Below, piece by piece: positions 9,890 to 20,400 of a stretch of DNA of 52,014 nucleotides. The stretch comes from Promethearchaeota archaeon. GTDB lineage: Archaea; Asgardarchaeota; Lokiarchaeia; Sigyniarchaeales; SOKP01. The position numbers were made by a program, and so were the translations under genes. The notes under the pieces were generated by a model. That model worked only from the letters and a program-made list of their open reading frames with translations, did no database searches and was not told the origin of the DNA. Where the stretch lies: assembly GCA_016930515.1 (NCBI GenBank), contig JAFGGO010000022.1:1-52014 (forward strand), in the 5' to 3' direction. Each line of letters starts with the position of its first letter. Position 1 is the first letter of the stretch.

Positions 9890-11626
9890 ATTCTAAGACA
9901 AGTATACATTTACAAGGGACAGGATCTCATTTACAGAAGACAATTTGGAAAAGCCATTAAGGACGAGTCTTTTACGACTTTATTTGCAGAAATTAGAGAA
10001 ATGGGTTTTGGGAGGGGTTCGGAAGACGAGGTACTAAAGTTTCATGACTACTTCAAGTTTAAGGTCTCTTACATTACCGATAAACAAAAGGACTTGCTAA
10101 TCATATTTGTGACTGGTCTAAGCGATAGCTTTGATTACATAAAAAAAGAATTAAAAAAATGTAAGAAAGATTTTTTAAATCTATTTGGAGATATCTTAGA
10201 ACAAGAATGTGACGCTAAAACATTTAATGTTTTTGATCCTTCCGTTGATGCAATGCATAGAAATTTAAAGCCTAAAATCTCTCTTTGCGGATTTTCGGGG
10301 GTTGGAAAAACAACAACGACTAGACTAATAAAAGCCGAAGAAATTCCAATGCAACACGTGCCAACCATTACGGGAGACATTGCCACTATCAAGATTGGAA
10401 AGCTACAATTTAGTTTATGGGACTTTGCTGGACAGGAACAGTTCAGCTATCTTTGGACAAATTTCGTTAAAGGTAGCGATGCAATACTCTTAATCACGGA
10501 CTCAACAATAGAGAATGTCGAGAAAAGCAAGTTCTTTTTGGAACTCATAAAAGAACAAGCCCCAAACGCACATACTGCTGTTATCGCTAATAAGCAAGAT
10601 CTAGAGGGTGCAATGCCTCCCACGCAAATTGAAAAAGTAATCGGCTTGAAAGCATATTCGATGATTGCAAATAGAGAAGAAAATCGGGAGAAAATGATAC
10701 AAATCATAGCGGATGTGTTAGAGATGAACGCTGATGTGTCGCCACTCTTAAAACCATTACGAGAACGGGATCAAATAATGGAAAAAGCGAAAAACGCTCT
10801 AGAACTTGGCAATTTACAAGATGCAGCGGAACTTTTTGAGAGAATTAGTGATTTCTGTATTGAAATGGGAGACGATACGCTCGGGAAAGAATTCTTTGAA
10901 AAAGCAAGTAAAATAAAAGGGATGTTAAAAACACCTACAACAATTTCGCCTGAACCAACAGAAATAGCGAAAGAAACGACAACCAAAGGATCGATAGAAG
11001 AAAAAGCTCAAGAAACCCCTTCTCCAGAAGAACCACAAATAAAACCCTCTAAAGTTGAAATAGAAGATACTTCGGGAGGGGAAGAAGTTCTTAATGAACC
11101 CGGAATAATGTTAAATCCCGAAGATTTTATGGTAAAAGAAACTCCAAAACAAGTAACTAGCGTTCCAAAAGACGCAAAAAATAAACTGAAGACATCTGCT
11201 TTTGGGGAAGTTAAAAATCCGACTCAAATGGAGCGGGAACAACGTCAAACAGAAGATAAATCCGTTCCAATAAAACCCCCTGATAAAAGCGAAATTGCTT
11301 CAGAAATAGCTCTCGATACGGAGGGAATTGTAAAAGAAGAATCAAAACTTGAGAAAGCTTTAGAAGAATCTCCAGAAACAACCAATGCACCAAAAGAATC
11401 GGTTACAGTAAAAATATCTGACTCTGTTCAAAGGAAGGAGCTTGAAAAAACTTTAACAGACCTTAAAATAAAGAAGGCTAACATCTCAAAAATGACATTG
11501 GATTTCGAAATGAAAGAATTAATGGGTGAAATAACTACCGAAGAGTACAAGGAAAAATTAGAAAAACTAAAAGTTGTTGAGAAAAAAATTAATGAGGAAA
11601 TCGACAATATCGAAAAAATGCTTTAA
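9890..11626 (+). CDS. Longin-like domain fused to an Arf-like small GTPase, with a helical unit, low-complexity linker and C-terminal coiled coil; probable ATT start
   Basis: G1 GFSGVGKT, G2 PTI, G3 WDFAGQ, G4 NKQD; frame open from 9884 encoding ILRQVYIYKGQDLIYRRQFGK, with SD AGGTGA at 9878-9883. Confidence 0.8.
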   Translation: MLRQVYIYKGQDLIYRRQFGKAIKDESFTTLFAEIREMGFGRGSEDEVLKFHDYFKFKVSYITDKQKDLLIIFVTGLSDSFDYIKKELKKCKKDFLNLFGDILEQECDAKTFNVFDPSVDAMHRNLKPKISLCGFSGVGKTTTTRLIKAEEIPMQHVPTITGDIATIKIGKLQFSLWDFAGQEQFSYLWTNFVKGSDAILLITDSTIENVEKSKFFLELIKEQAPNAHTAVIANKQDLEGAMPPTQIEKVIGLKAYSMIANREENREKMIQIIADVLEMNADVSPLLKPLRERDQIMEKAKNALELGNLQDAAELFERISDFCIEMGDDTLGKEFFEKASKIKGMLKTPTTISPEPTEIAKETTTKGSIEEKAQETPSPEEPQIKPSKVEIEDTSGGEEVLNEPGIMLNPEDFMVKETPKQVTSVPKDAKNKLKTSAFGEVKNPTQMEREQRQTEDKSVPIKPPDKSEIASEIALDTEGIVKEESKLEKALEESPETTNAPKESVTVKISDSVQRKELEKTLTDLKIKKANISKMTLDFEMKELMGEITTEEYKEKLEKLKVVEKKINEEIDNIEKML

Positions 11627-11638
11627 ACATGTGTTCCA

Positions 11639-12517
11639 TTAAATAAACTGCTTTAAATAGGCATCTGGGACATCTGCATCTCCAATTTGCACGATTTTAT
11701 TTCCTCCGTGGTAATCAGACCCTCCTGACTTTATAAGGTTATATTTTTCTGCGATATTGCTAAAATATTTCGGAAGGTTCTCGCAAGCCCAACTAGCTTT
11801 TTCAGTGTTTACAAATGGATTACTCTTTTCGTATGGATATTCTATTTCTATCCCCCGTATTCCTGCTTGAACGCATATCTCAACTAACTTACTTCTACTT
11901 TCTACCTCGTATATGCCTGGGTGTGCCAAGATTGGAATTCCACCAGAAGAATCAATTAATTGAATGGATTCTTCGAGTGATAATTCAAAGTCTCTTATAA
12001 CATGTGCCTTACCACCCGCGCCGATCATTTTAAATAAGTCATTTACTGAACGATTATTCGTCATGTCAGGATTGTTTTTCAATAACACTTTTACGATGTG
12101 AGGTCTTCCAATGGAACTTCCACCAGCAATGCTTTTTACTTCTTGGAAATCAATATTAAATCCGAACTCGTCTCGAAGACGCTTGCATATCTTTTTCTTT
12201 TGATCGATCCTGCTCTTCAATTGAGCTCTTAAAGCATTGTTTAATTCGATAGATTCGTGATCTATGTTTAATCCTACAATGTGGACATCTTTTAAATTCC
12301 TTTCAAGATCGTCCTTTGTTGAAATCTCTATTCCTGGAATAGTGATCAAATTAGTCTTTTCTCCGATAGATAAAAACTCTGCAAGTCCCTCGATCGTGTC
12401 GTGATCGGTTAACGCAATTGCTTTGATCATTTTGTTTGAAATAAGGGTACGCTCTATCAATTGAGAAGGCGTATCCAATCCGTCTGAAAAATTTGAATGG
12501 ATGTGAAGATCAATCAT
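11639..12517 (-). CDS. PHP domain metal-dependent phosphoesterase (TrpH/YciV-like)
   Basis: DLHIHSNFSDG, ALTDHD, GIEIS, GRPHI, LAHP, GGSDYHG. Confidence 0.9.
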   Translation of the reverse strand: MIDLHIHSNFSDGLDTPSQLIERTLISNKMIKAIALTDHDTIEGLAEFLSIGEKTNLITIPGIEISTKDDLERNLKDVHIVGLNIDHESIELNNALRAQLKSRIDQKKKICKRLRDEFGFNIDFQEVKSIAGGSSIGRPHIVKVLLKNNPDMTNNRSVNDLFKMIGAGGKAHVIRDFELSLEESIQLIDSSGGIPILAHPGIYEVESRSKLVEICVQAGIRGIEIEYPYEKSNPFVNTEKASWACENLPKYFSNIAEKYNLIKSGGSDYHGGNKIVQIGDADVPDAYLKQFI

Positions 12518-12644
12518 TAAGATTGATATTTTACAAAATCATTTTACTTTTTCCATAATATTTTTGACTAGTGCACCATTAGGTCATTAAAGTGATTCCT
12601 CTTAAATATTATAATTTCACAATAAATAGAGAAATAGATTTATA

Positions 12645-13229
12645 TTGAAACTATTACGCATTCCCAAGGAAGAACGACACAGATTCGCACTACCTTTAGG
12701 ACAATTGATCGCAGGAAAAAGAGAACATACGATCAAAAAAGTAGAAGAAATTTCAAAAAATCTTTTAGAACAAGGTTATAAGATACGCTTTTATCTCGTA
12801 GGCGATGTTGTAACAAAAGATTTCATGGCAAACGAGTTTTTAAGGGACCATGTGATGCTCAGTATTATAGACGAAAAAACTCAACGAAATGAGACGAGAT
12901 CTCGATTCGAGGAATATTTCGAATCCGTTTTAACATTCGAAAATCCTGTTGGATGCATTAACGCCGAAAGTTTTCCTCTCTTGGAAAAGATCGTTAACTC
13001 TCAAAAAAAGACCTTATTAAAAATAACTGAAGGCGAAGAGGATTTACTAGTCATTCCTCTTGTAAAAGGATTGCCTTTAACTCCTAAAATAAAAAATATG
13101 GTTTTTTATGGTCAACCTCCGCTTACAGACGCTAAAAATCCGTTGCCTGAAGGAATTGTACTTGTTGAAATTGATCAAGAAAAGAAAAACGCAATTAATG
13201 GTCTGATTAATCTAATGATTGTATCTTGA
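12645..13229 (+). CDS. DUF359 family, GTP-dependent dephospho-CoA kinase-like
   Basis: VGDVVT, IIDEKTQR, ENPVGCI, GEEDLL, VFYGQP motifs; TTG start. Confidence 0.8.
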   Translation: MKLLRIPKEERHRFALPLGQLIAGKREHTIKKVEEISKNLLEQGYKIRFYLVGDVVTKDFMANEFLRDHVMLSIIDEKTQRNETRSRFEEYFESVLTFENPVGCINAESFPLLEKIVNSQKKTLLKITEGEEDLLVIPLVKGLPLTPKIKNMVFYGQPPLTDAKNPLPEGIVLVEIDQEKKNAINGLINLMIVS

Positions 13230-13349
13230 AAAATAAGAGTTATCTTGTTAAATAATGTTAAGATCCCTCTAGGTCCTTTTTATAGTGATAAAATATTTTT
13301 AAGAACAAGCATTTCTTAAATCATATAAAACAAGGAAAGAAGGAATTTT

Positions 13350-14747
13350 ATGACCGTCGTAATAATGAAATTTGGAGGAAGTTGTTTAGTTGATAATAAA
13401 GCGTTTAATAAGATATATAATATTACGAAACTATACGAAAAACAAAAAAAGATTTACGTGGCTTCTGCCTTTAACGGAATAACCGATATCTTGCTTAAAA
13501 CAGCACTTCAGGTAAGCGATGCTAAGAAAGTCGACGATAACATTGCCTTTATCGAAAAACGACACATGGATGTAATCGAACAAATATTCGAAGAGGATTC
13601 TATATATTATATTAGCGCAAAGGATTGGGTTGACGCGAAAATGGCCGAACTCGAAAATGTGTTCGCAGACATCAAGGAGTTTGGTCTAGAACCGTATTAT
13701 CAAGATTATGTGCTTAGTTTTGGAGAGATATTGTCCACGTTCATACTCCATCAATATTTAATGAGCAAGAGTCTTGATTCCTTATTTATTTCGGCTAATG
13801 ATTTAATCGTTACGAACGACGAATTTAACAACGCATACCCCTTATACAACCTCACGAACGCTCGCGTGAGAACACAAATCGTTCCATTTCTCGAGAATCC
13901 CAATAAAGACACAATTTTTTCCGTGACTGGATTTGTTGGAAGGAACAAGATAGGATATATTACAACGCTTGGAAGAGGTGGTTCCGATTATACGGCCACC
14001 ATTCTTGCAAGGGCGGTTTACGAAGAAGGTTCTGATAAGGATGTCAAGGTCGTTTTATGGAAAGACATCGATGGACTTCTTGCGATCAACCCAAAATACG
14101 TGCCTAATTCTAGCCTCATCAAGAGTATTGATTATAAGGAAGCCAAGGCAATAGCGAATTTTGGGGCAAAAGTGCTCCACCCAAAATGCCTTGAAGCCAT
14201 TGAAAAAAAACACATCCCGTTGGAAATACGGAATTTCGACAAGCCCGAAGAAGAAATTAACTTTACAAAAATAACAACCGAATCTGACAAGCAACAGATT
14301 AAGGGTATCTCGGCCGAAGAAGAAGGAACGATAATCACTCTCATTTCGGGAACCATGGTCGATATTCCTGGGGTGTTAGGAAATATTTTTAAAATCATGG
14401 GGAAAAATGGCATTAGTGTCTCGTTCGTGGCTCAGAGTTCGACCGAAATTAGCACTTCGTTCTTTGTTAAGAGTGAAGATTCTGAAAAAGCAATCAAGGC
14501 TTTAAAAGACGAATATTTCGGCTCCGACTTTTTCGAGTTAAAATGGGATGTCGTATCGATTATAAACATCACGGGATTGAAAGTATTGGAAAATAAAACA
14601 AAGGCACAAATTTTTAACGCACTAGACAAGAAAGAGATTCCTGTAAAAGCAATATCTCAAAGTTATGAAGAACTTAACATATCAATAGTTGTCAAGAAAG
14701 ATCACATGATAGACGCCATTAAAGCCATTCACGACGAGATTCAATGA
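13350..14747 (+). CDS. lysC: Aspartate kinase with two ACT domains
   Basis: MKFGGS, TTLGRGGSDYTA, FGAKVLHP, C-terminal ACT repeats. Confidence 0.9.
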   Translation: MTVVIMKFGGSCLVDNKAFNKIYNITKLYEKQKKIYVASAFNGITDILLKTALQVSDAKKVDDNIAFIEKRHMDVIEQIFEEDSIYYISAKDWVDAKMAELENVFADIKEFGLEPYYQDYVLSFGEILSTFILHQYLMSKSLDSLFISANDLIVTNDEFNNAYPLYNLTNARVRTQIVPFLENPNKDTIFSVTGFVGRNKIGYITTLGRGGSDYTATILARAVYEEGSDKDVKVVLWKDIDGLLAINPKYVPNSSLIKSIDYKEAKAIANFGAKVLHPKCLEAIEKKHIPLEIRNFDKPEEEINFTKITTESDKQQIKGISAEEEGTIITLISGTMVDIPGVLGNIFKIMGKNGISVSFVAQSSTEISTSFFVKSEDSEKAIKALKDEYFGSDFFELKWDVVSIINITGLKVLENKTKAQIFNALDKKEIPVKAISQSYEELNISIVVKKDHMIDAIKAIHDEIQ

Positions 14748-15119
14748 TTGAGATTTATTATTCATTAAGAAGAAAAAAATCCGTTAATATCATTTATTCT
14801 CTCGAATTATTTTTAAAAATTCCTTTTTCAATAAAATTTTACTGAACTTAGGGAATAAAAATTGATTCTTCAATTATGAAGAAAATATATCGTATATCTT
14901 TTAAATTCCTAATAACTAAGTTCGATATTCATGCTTAAAATTAAATACGAGTGTTCAATTTATAATTTTATAAAAATATTTAAGAAACAAATTTATTACA
15001 TTCTTAATTAAAGAATCGAAAGAAAAATAAATTATTAAATACGATTTACGATATTAAATAATATATTAACGAAAATATTTTAGTAATATTCATTCAATCT
15101 AAAGGAGTAGAAACGCTTC

Positions 15120-15644
15120 ATGTCAAGTTTTAAACTAAAGGTATTGCTAACCGGGGCAGCTGCAGTAGGAAAAACGAGCCTCGTTCAAAGATTCATCAAG
15201 CAACGATTTCAAGCAAATTACAAGCTCACCGTTGGAGTTGACATCTTAACCAAGGATGTGGAATTCAGACAAGGTGAAATCGCAACATTATCGATTTGGG
15301 ACATCGGGGGACAGCAAAGGTTCGAATTTATCAGGAGCACTTTTTACAAGGGAGCTGCCGGAGCCTTGCTCGTGTTTGATCTCACGCGGGAACAAACCTA
15401 TCAAGAAACGAGAAAATGGCTCACCGAAATTCGGCAATTTGCTGGCGCCGATTTGCCTTTCGTGTTCATAGGAAACAAGGCAGATTTGATCGAAGACGTC
15501 GGAGAAGTCATTGACAGGAACGAGGCGCGCTCATTCGCCGAAAACGAGGGAAGCATTTACATTGAAACCAGTGCCAAGACGGGAATTGGTGTTGACGACG
15601 CTTTTACGGAATTGACCCGCCGAATCATCGATTCCAGGACTTAG
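15120..15644 (+). CDS. Rab-like small GTPase (no C-terminal prenylation tail)
   Basis: GAAAVGKT, TVGVD, WDIGGQ, GNKAD, ETSAK; SD AAGGAG upstream. Confidence 0.95.
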   Translation: MSSFKLKVLLTGAAAVGKTSLVQRFIKQRFQANYKLTVGVDILTKDVEFRQGEIATLSIWDIGGQQRFEFIRSTFYKGAAGALLVFDLTREQTYQETRKWLTEIRQFAGADLPFVFIGNKADLIEDVGEVIDRNEARSFAENEGSIYIETSAKTGIGVDDAFTELTRRIIDSRT

Positions 15645-15665
15645 ATTTACCGCTTAAATTTCGGC

Positions 15666-15710
15666 AGTCCCCAAGGGACTTAAACTCTTTTATTTTCTCG
15701 TGTTTTTTTA
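15666..15710 (+). terminator. Hairpin plus T-tract downstream of the Rab-like gene
   Basis: AGTCCC-CAA-GGGACT (15666-15680) followed by T-rich runs. Confidence 0.5.
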
Positions 15711-15790
15711 CTTTATAATAAACACGCTCTTTTTATCAATTTTCAGGCGTTTTATATAAAGAAATACTTCTCTTTTTTAAACGAAATGTC

Positions 15791-15922
15791 TGAAGATCAA
15801 TAATTTCAAGTACTGCAAAAATTACCCAGATCCATTTATATATCGACAATTATTATCATTAAATTAATAATCATAGAGATTTCTATCAAGAAATCGAAAA
15901 AAAAATTGGATATTCAAAAAAA
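15791..15922. repeat. Imperfect direct repeat, copy 1 (~130 bp upstream/promoter region)
   Basis: tcaagtactg..aattacccagat.catttatatatc.acaattat...agatttctat.aagaaatcg..aaaa..ttggatattc.aaaaa shared with 16759-16892. Confidence 0.85.
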
Positions 15923-15942
15923 AAAAGTCATTCAGTTGATAT

Positions 15943-16659
15943 TTGAATAAAGCGGTGAAATTTGTGTCTGAAAAGGAAATAAGCAAGAATTTAAGAAATA
16001 AGTTGAGGAAGTTAAAAAAAATAATATATATGGCGGGTTATATAGATTTTAATGTCATTATACTGTTTATCCTGTTAATATTCATAGATTGGATATGTGG
16101 TGTTACTTTACTATTAGATTTAATACGAATCTTTATTTATTTATTGATTTTAATAAGCGCGTGTTTTTTTGGTATTATTGGTGGAAAATATCTCTCTCTA
16201 AAGAATATGTATCTGAGATCTAATTCGGAAAACAATCAAAAAGGCATGTTAGAAGATGAAAACATACAACTTCGAGAAAAAAAGATCCATAACTCAAAGA
16301 ATCTAGCACGAATAATTGGATTGATTGATCTATCAATGATCATCGTATATATAATCGTTGCGATTGAGTTATTTTCGGGGAATTATATATTCGGGGTCAT
16401 GCTAAGTCTTTATGTTGACGTACCTATATTTTTACTTCTTCTATTGAATAGTATAATCTTGGGGGGGAGGTATTTTTATTTTAGGAAAAAACTAACTATA
16501 ATGAAATTGGGTGCAGCAAAAACAGAAGAATCGTTCCAACAAGCAAGCGCTATAGATGCGCCCAAAATGAAAAAATGCTTTAATTGTGACGCTTCCATAG
16601 AAATGGCTGCACAATTCTGCGATCAATGTGGAGCAGAACAGATAAGGCAAATTCCATAA
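15943..16659 (+). CDS. 4-TM membrane protein (duplicated 2-TM unit) with C-terminal zinc ribbon
   Basis: Two similar halves (GYIDF...GGKY / GLIDL...GGRY) and CFNC...FCDQCG; start codon uncertain. Confidence 0.75.
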   Translation: MNKAVKFVSEKEISKNLRNKLRKLKKIIYMAGYIDFNVIILFILLIFIDWICGVTLLLDLIRIFIYLLILISACFFGIIGGKYLSLKNMYLRSNSENNQKGMLEDENIQLREKKIHNSKNLARIIGLIDLSMIIVYIIVAIELFSGNYIFGVMLSLYVDVPIFLLLLLNSIILGGRYFYFRKKLTIMKLGAAKTEESFQQASAIDAPKMKKCFNCDASIEMAAQFCDQCGAEQIRQIP

Positions 16660-16758
16660 ATAAGAACTCTCTTTTTAAAAGAAAATATCGGTTAACGAAT
16701 GATTTATTTAGAATGTATTAGCATATATGGATGAAAATTGAATTTTTAAAGAAATATT

Positions 16759-16892
16759 TGAAGATAATTAAATCTCAAGTACTGTAAGAATTACCCAGAT
16801 TCATTTATATATCAACAATTATAATCACTACACAAGGAGTCCTAAAGATTTCTATTAAGAAATCGTAAAAAATTATTGGATATTCGAAAAAA
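16759..16892. repeat. Imperfect direct repeat, copy 2
   Basis: Aligns by eye with 15791-15922. Confidence 0.85.
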
Positions 16893-17205
16893 TAAACGCA
16901 GATATTGTGTTTTTATAGCATTAATAATTTCACATTTAAGTGGTAATGGGTGTTTTGAGGGGGTATTAAATATTTTTTTCATCATTCCATTGATTTTTGT
17001 CAATATATGCTTGCTTTCGATTCAAGAAGGAAGATATTCGGTTACCAAGAATAAATACATTCTATTTCAAATGAAGCAAAATGCGATAGAGAATGAAAGA
17101 TCGGAACCTTTTCAATTAAAAGAGATATTAATAAAAAAAATTATGTTTATCAACTCAAATAATATTTTTTTATTGAGTATTTCCAATTATCTTTTTAATT
17201 TTTAA
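16876..17205 (+). pseudogene. Probable decayed paralog of the 15943-16659 gene
   Basis: Follows the duplicated upstream region; IFFIIPLIFVNICLLSIQEGRYSVTKNKY resembles IFIYLLILISACFFGIIGGKYLSLKNMY; no zinc ribbon. Confidence 0.5.
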
Positions 17206-17404
17206 CGCAAGTTAAAGCCATTCGATCCTTTTAAAATTTCATTTTAAATAAAACGATTTTAAGACCTTTTTATAGTATTAAGATCAAATAAATAAAAAGT
17301 TTAATTATCTCGCCTCGTTAATTTTAAGTATAAATCTGATGTTTTTACTAATCAACCCAAGTTAAGAAATTTATTTATTTAATAACAAAATCGAGCTCGT
17401 TAAA

Positions 17405-20400
17405 ATGAATACGAACCTTGAAAAGGCTGAAAATGCAATTAAATACTTTGAATTAGCCGAAAAATTCGAAGAATCAAAAGATTGGGAAAAGGCTATCGAG
17501 AATTACGAATTAGGTGTCGAGAACCTCAAGCAAAGCGGATATTTGTCCGAGCGTGTTGAAGAAATATATTCGAGAATCGCCGAATTAAACAACATTATAA
17601 GCAGGAAAAAGCAAATTCAACTCGAAAAAACTCAAGATTATAAGGATAAATTAGAGGGCGAAGCTTACGCCTTGTTAGATGGTGCGAAAAAACTGGAGTC
17701 TGAAGGTTTTCTTCAAGACGCAATCAAGCAATACATGACGGCCGTCACGGCTTTTATTAAAGTTGGATGGACCGAACAACAACTCGAATCGATTCAAACC
17801 AAAATGCTTGCTCTTGCAGAAGTCGTGGATAATCGACGTGAAAGCGAGGCTCAACAACAACAAGCTGCATCGCAAATAATTCATCCCACCTTGCTCACGC
17901 CACATTTTCAAGCAGGATCTGGAGTTTTTGAAGGAGGGGTCAAGAGGATAGAAACTGTTAAAAAATTTGAGGATAAAAAGAAAAAAGAACAGGAAATCCA
18001 GGACGAATCCTTTACTCACTTAGATAAAGCTCGCGATCTCGAACAAAGAGGAGAATTCGATCAAGCAATCCAATCGTACGAATTAGCTATCAAGCTATTA
18101 GATTCAATTGGATGGGTTGATCAGACGAAAAACCTTCGTGTTGCCGTGCAAAAGATCCAGCAGAAAAAATTAGATTCAGAGAGATTTAAAACGCAAAAAA
18201 TGCCTTCCTTGGATAGTGAGACCCCCAAAACCAAGATATCTACTGAGATTCAAGAAAGCGACAAGGGAGATAGAATAAGAAAATATCAAGAATTGAAAAA
18301 AAAAGAGCAAGCAATACAAACACAAGCCTTTAACTTCTTAGAATCTGGTAATAGGCTTGAAAGAAATGGAAATTACGAGGAAGCAATAAGTCAGTTTGAA
18401 AAAGCCGTAGAATTGTTTCAATCAATCGAATGGCATTCATACATTCAACCCATCTTGAACTTCATCGATAATGTGAAAGAAAAACACCAAAATGAGCTTC
18501 AAGCGATTGAGATTGGCAAGAAAAGGCAACAAGACCTAAAGCAGTTGCAGGACAGCATTTACCTGAAAAATAAAGAGCAGTTTGTTCAATCAACTCAAGC
18601 ATTACAAGAGAAAAGACAGAAATTTTTGGAAAAGAGAAGGGCTCAATTGCAAAAAGAACAGGAATTTTTTACCTTGGTAAACAAGGCCGATGAAACTCTT
18701 CAAAACGCCGCAAACTTGGACCTCGCACTTCATGCCTATCAGCAAGCATTGGATTTAATTAAAGATCTAGGCTCGGGATGGGAAACTCAAGTCATTACCA
18801 TACAAAATACGATAGATCACGTGCAAAAACTCAAAGAATCACAAGAGCTCAAGCTCCTTAAAGAAAAGCAAAAGATCGAAGAACAAAAGCGCGAGGAACT
18901 TGAGTTTCAAAGGCAAATTGCAGAGCAATTGGAAAAAGAAAGAAATAGGCTTCGAGAGAAAGAACTTGTTTTCAAGGAAAAACAGGAAGACTTGCAATAT
19001 CTTCAAAAAAAGAAGGAAGAAGCCTTCAAATTTCTTGATACTGCTCAGATTTATACGAGAAAAGAAGACTTAGATAAAGCTATTCACGCATATCAAAATG
19101 CGGCAATGTTATTCGGTGAAATCCATTGGTCAGAGGAGATTCCGCTTATTGAAAATTCCATAACTGAACTTGAAAGAAGGAAGAAAGAAAAACAACTTGC
19201 AAAGCAAAGAGAACTCCAAAAAGAGCTGGAACGAAAAAAGCAAGAAAAGGCATTACAAGACGAAATTTCAAATCAATTGGAGCTCGAACGACAAAAAATA
19301 AGAGAAAAAAGAATCTTCTTAAAAGAGAGGGAAGATCAGTTGGCATTTCAAGAAAAAAAAAGGGAAGAAGCCTTCAAATTTCTTGATCGAGCTAATCAAT
19401 TGTTAAATGAAAGCATGTTTGAGGCTGCTATTGAAGAATATCATTCCGCAGCAAACATTTTTGCACAAATAAACTGGAGTGACGAGGTTAACTCGATCCA
19501 GAACGCCATAATAGAAATCGAGAATAAAAAGCGCGAGAAAAACTTGAGTGAGCTAAAAAATATACAACAAAAACTTGAAAAACAAAAAGAAGAGCGTGAA
19601 TTTCAAGCGTTTTTATCGAACCAAGCTAATATTGAAAAAGAGAAATTAAAAAAGAAAACCCTTATTCTCCGAGAAAGAGAGCAAGAATTACTTTTTCGCG
19701 AGAAAAAGAAGGAAGAAGCCTTCAAATTTCTTGATCGAGCTCAAAAACATATTATCGAAGGACAGTTTCAAGAAGCAATAGATATATATAATAATGTCGT
19801 AAATATTTTTGCTTTAATACAGTGGGACGACGAGATAGTCCATTTAAAAAACGCAATTAAAGAAATCGAGGTAAAAAGATATCAAAAGGAATTAGCGGTC
19901 CAACAAAAACATCAATTAGAATTAAAACAAGAAATTGAATACGACAATTTTGTTGAGACTATTAAGTCCTTAAAATTCAAGCAAGAAACAAGACAAAATG
20001 TTCAGAGAGAAGCTTTAATCAAAGAATCTAAAAATGCTGCTCAAATCCAAGCAAAACAAGATCAAGCTTTTAACATCATGGCGGAAGCGGAACTCCTCCT
20101 CAAACAAAAAAGTTTTGATAAATCCATTGAAAAATATAAGACTGCAATTGATCTTCTGAAGAGCATCGGTTGGTCGGAGCCTTATCTTAAAACATTGCAC
20201 GATGGGATTAACCTAATTGCAATAAAAAAGGATCAATACCAAAAAGAAAAACAACGCGACCTGGAGCTTGAAAAAGCTAGAAAGGACGAAGAATTCCTTT
20301 TTCAACTTAAAATTTCGGATCAAATGTTAAGTGAACAAGAAAAATACAAGACCAAGGCGATTGAATTAAAGAAAAAGGAAGTTCTCTTAAAAGAAATGGA

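Noticed and set aside
19015-19735. Regularly spaced 25-nt identical repeats as a possible CRISPR array
   Set aside because: Spacing is 348 nt and in frame within a protein repeat; no cas genes or leader
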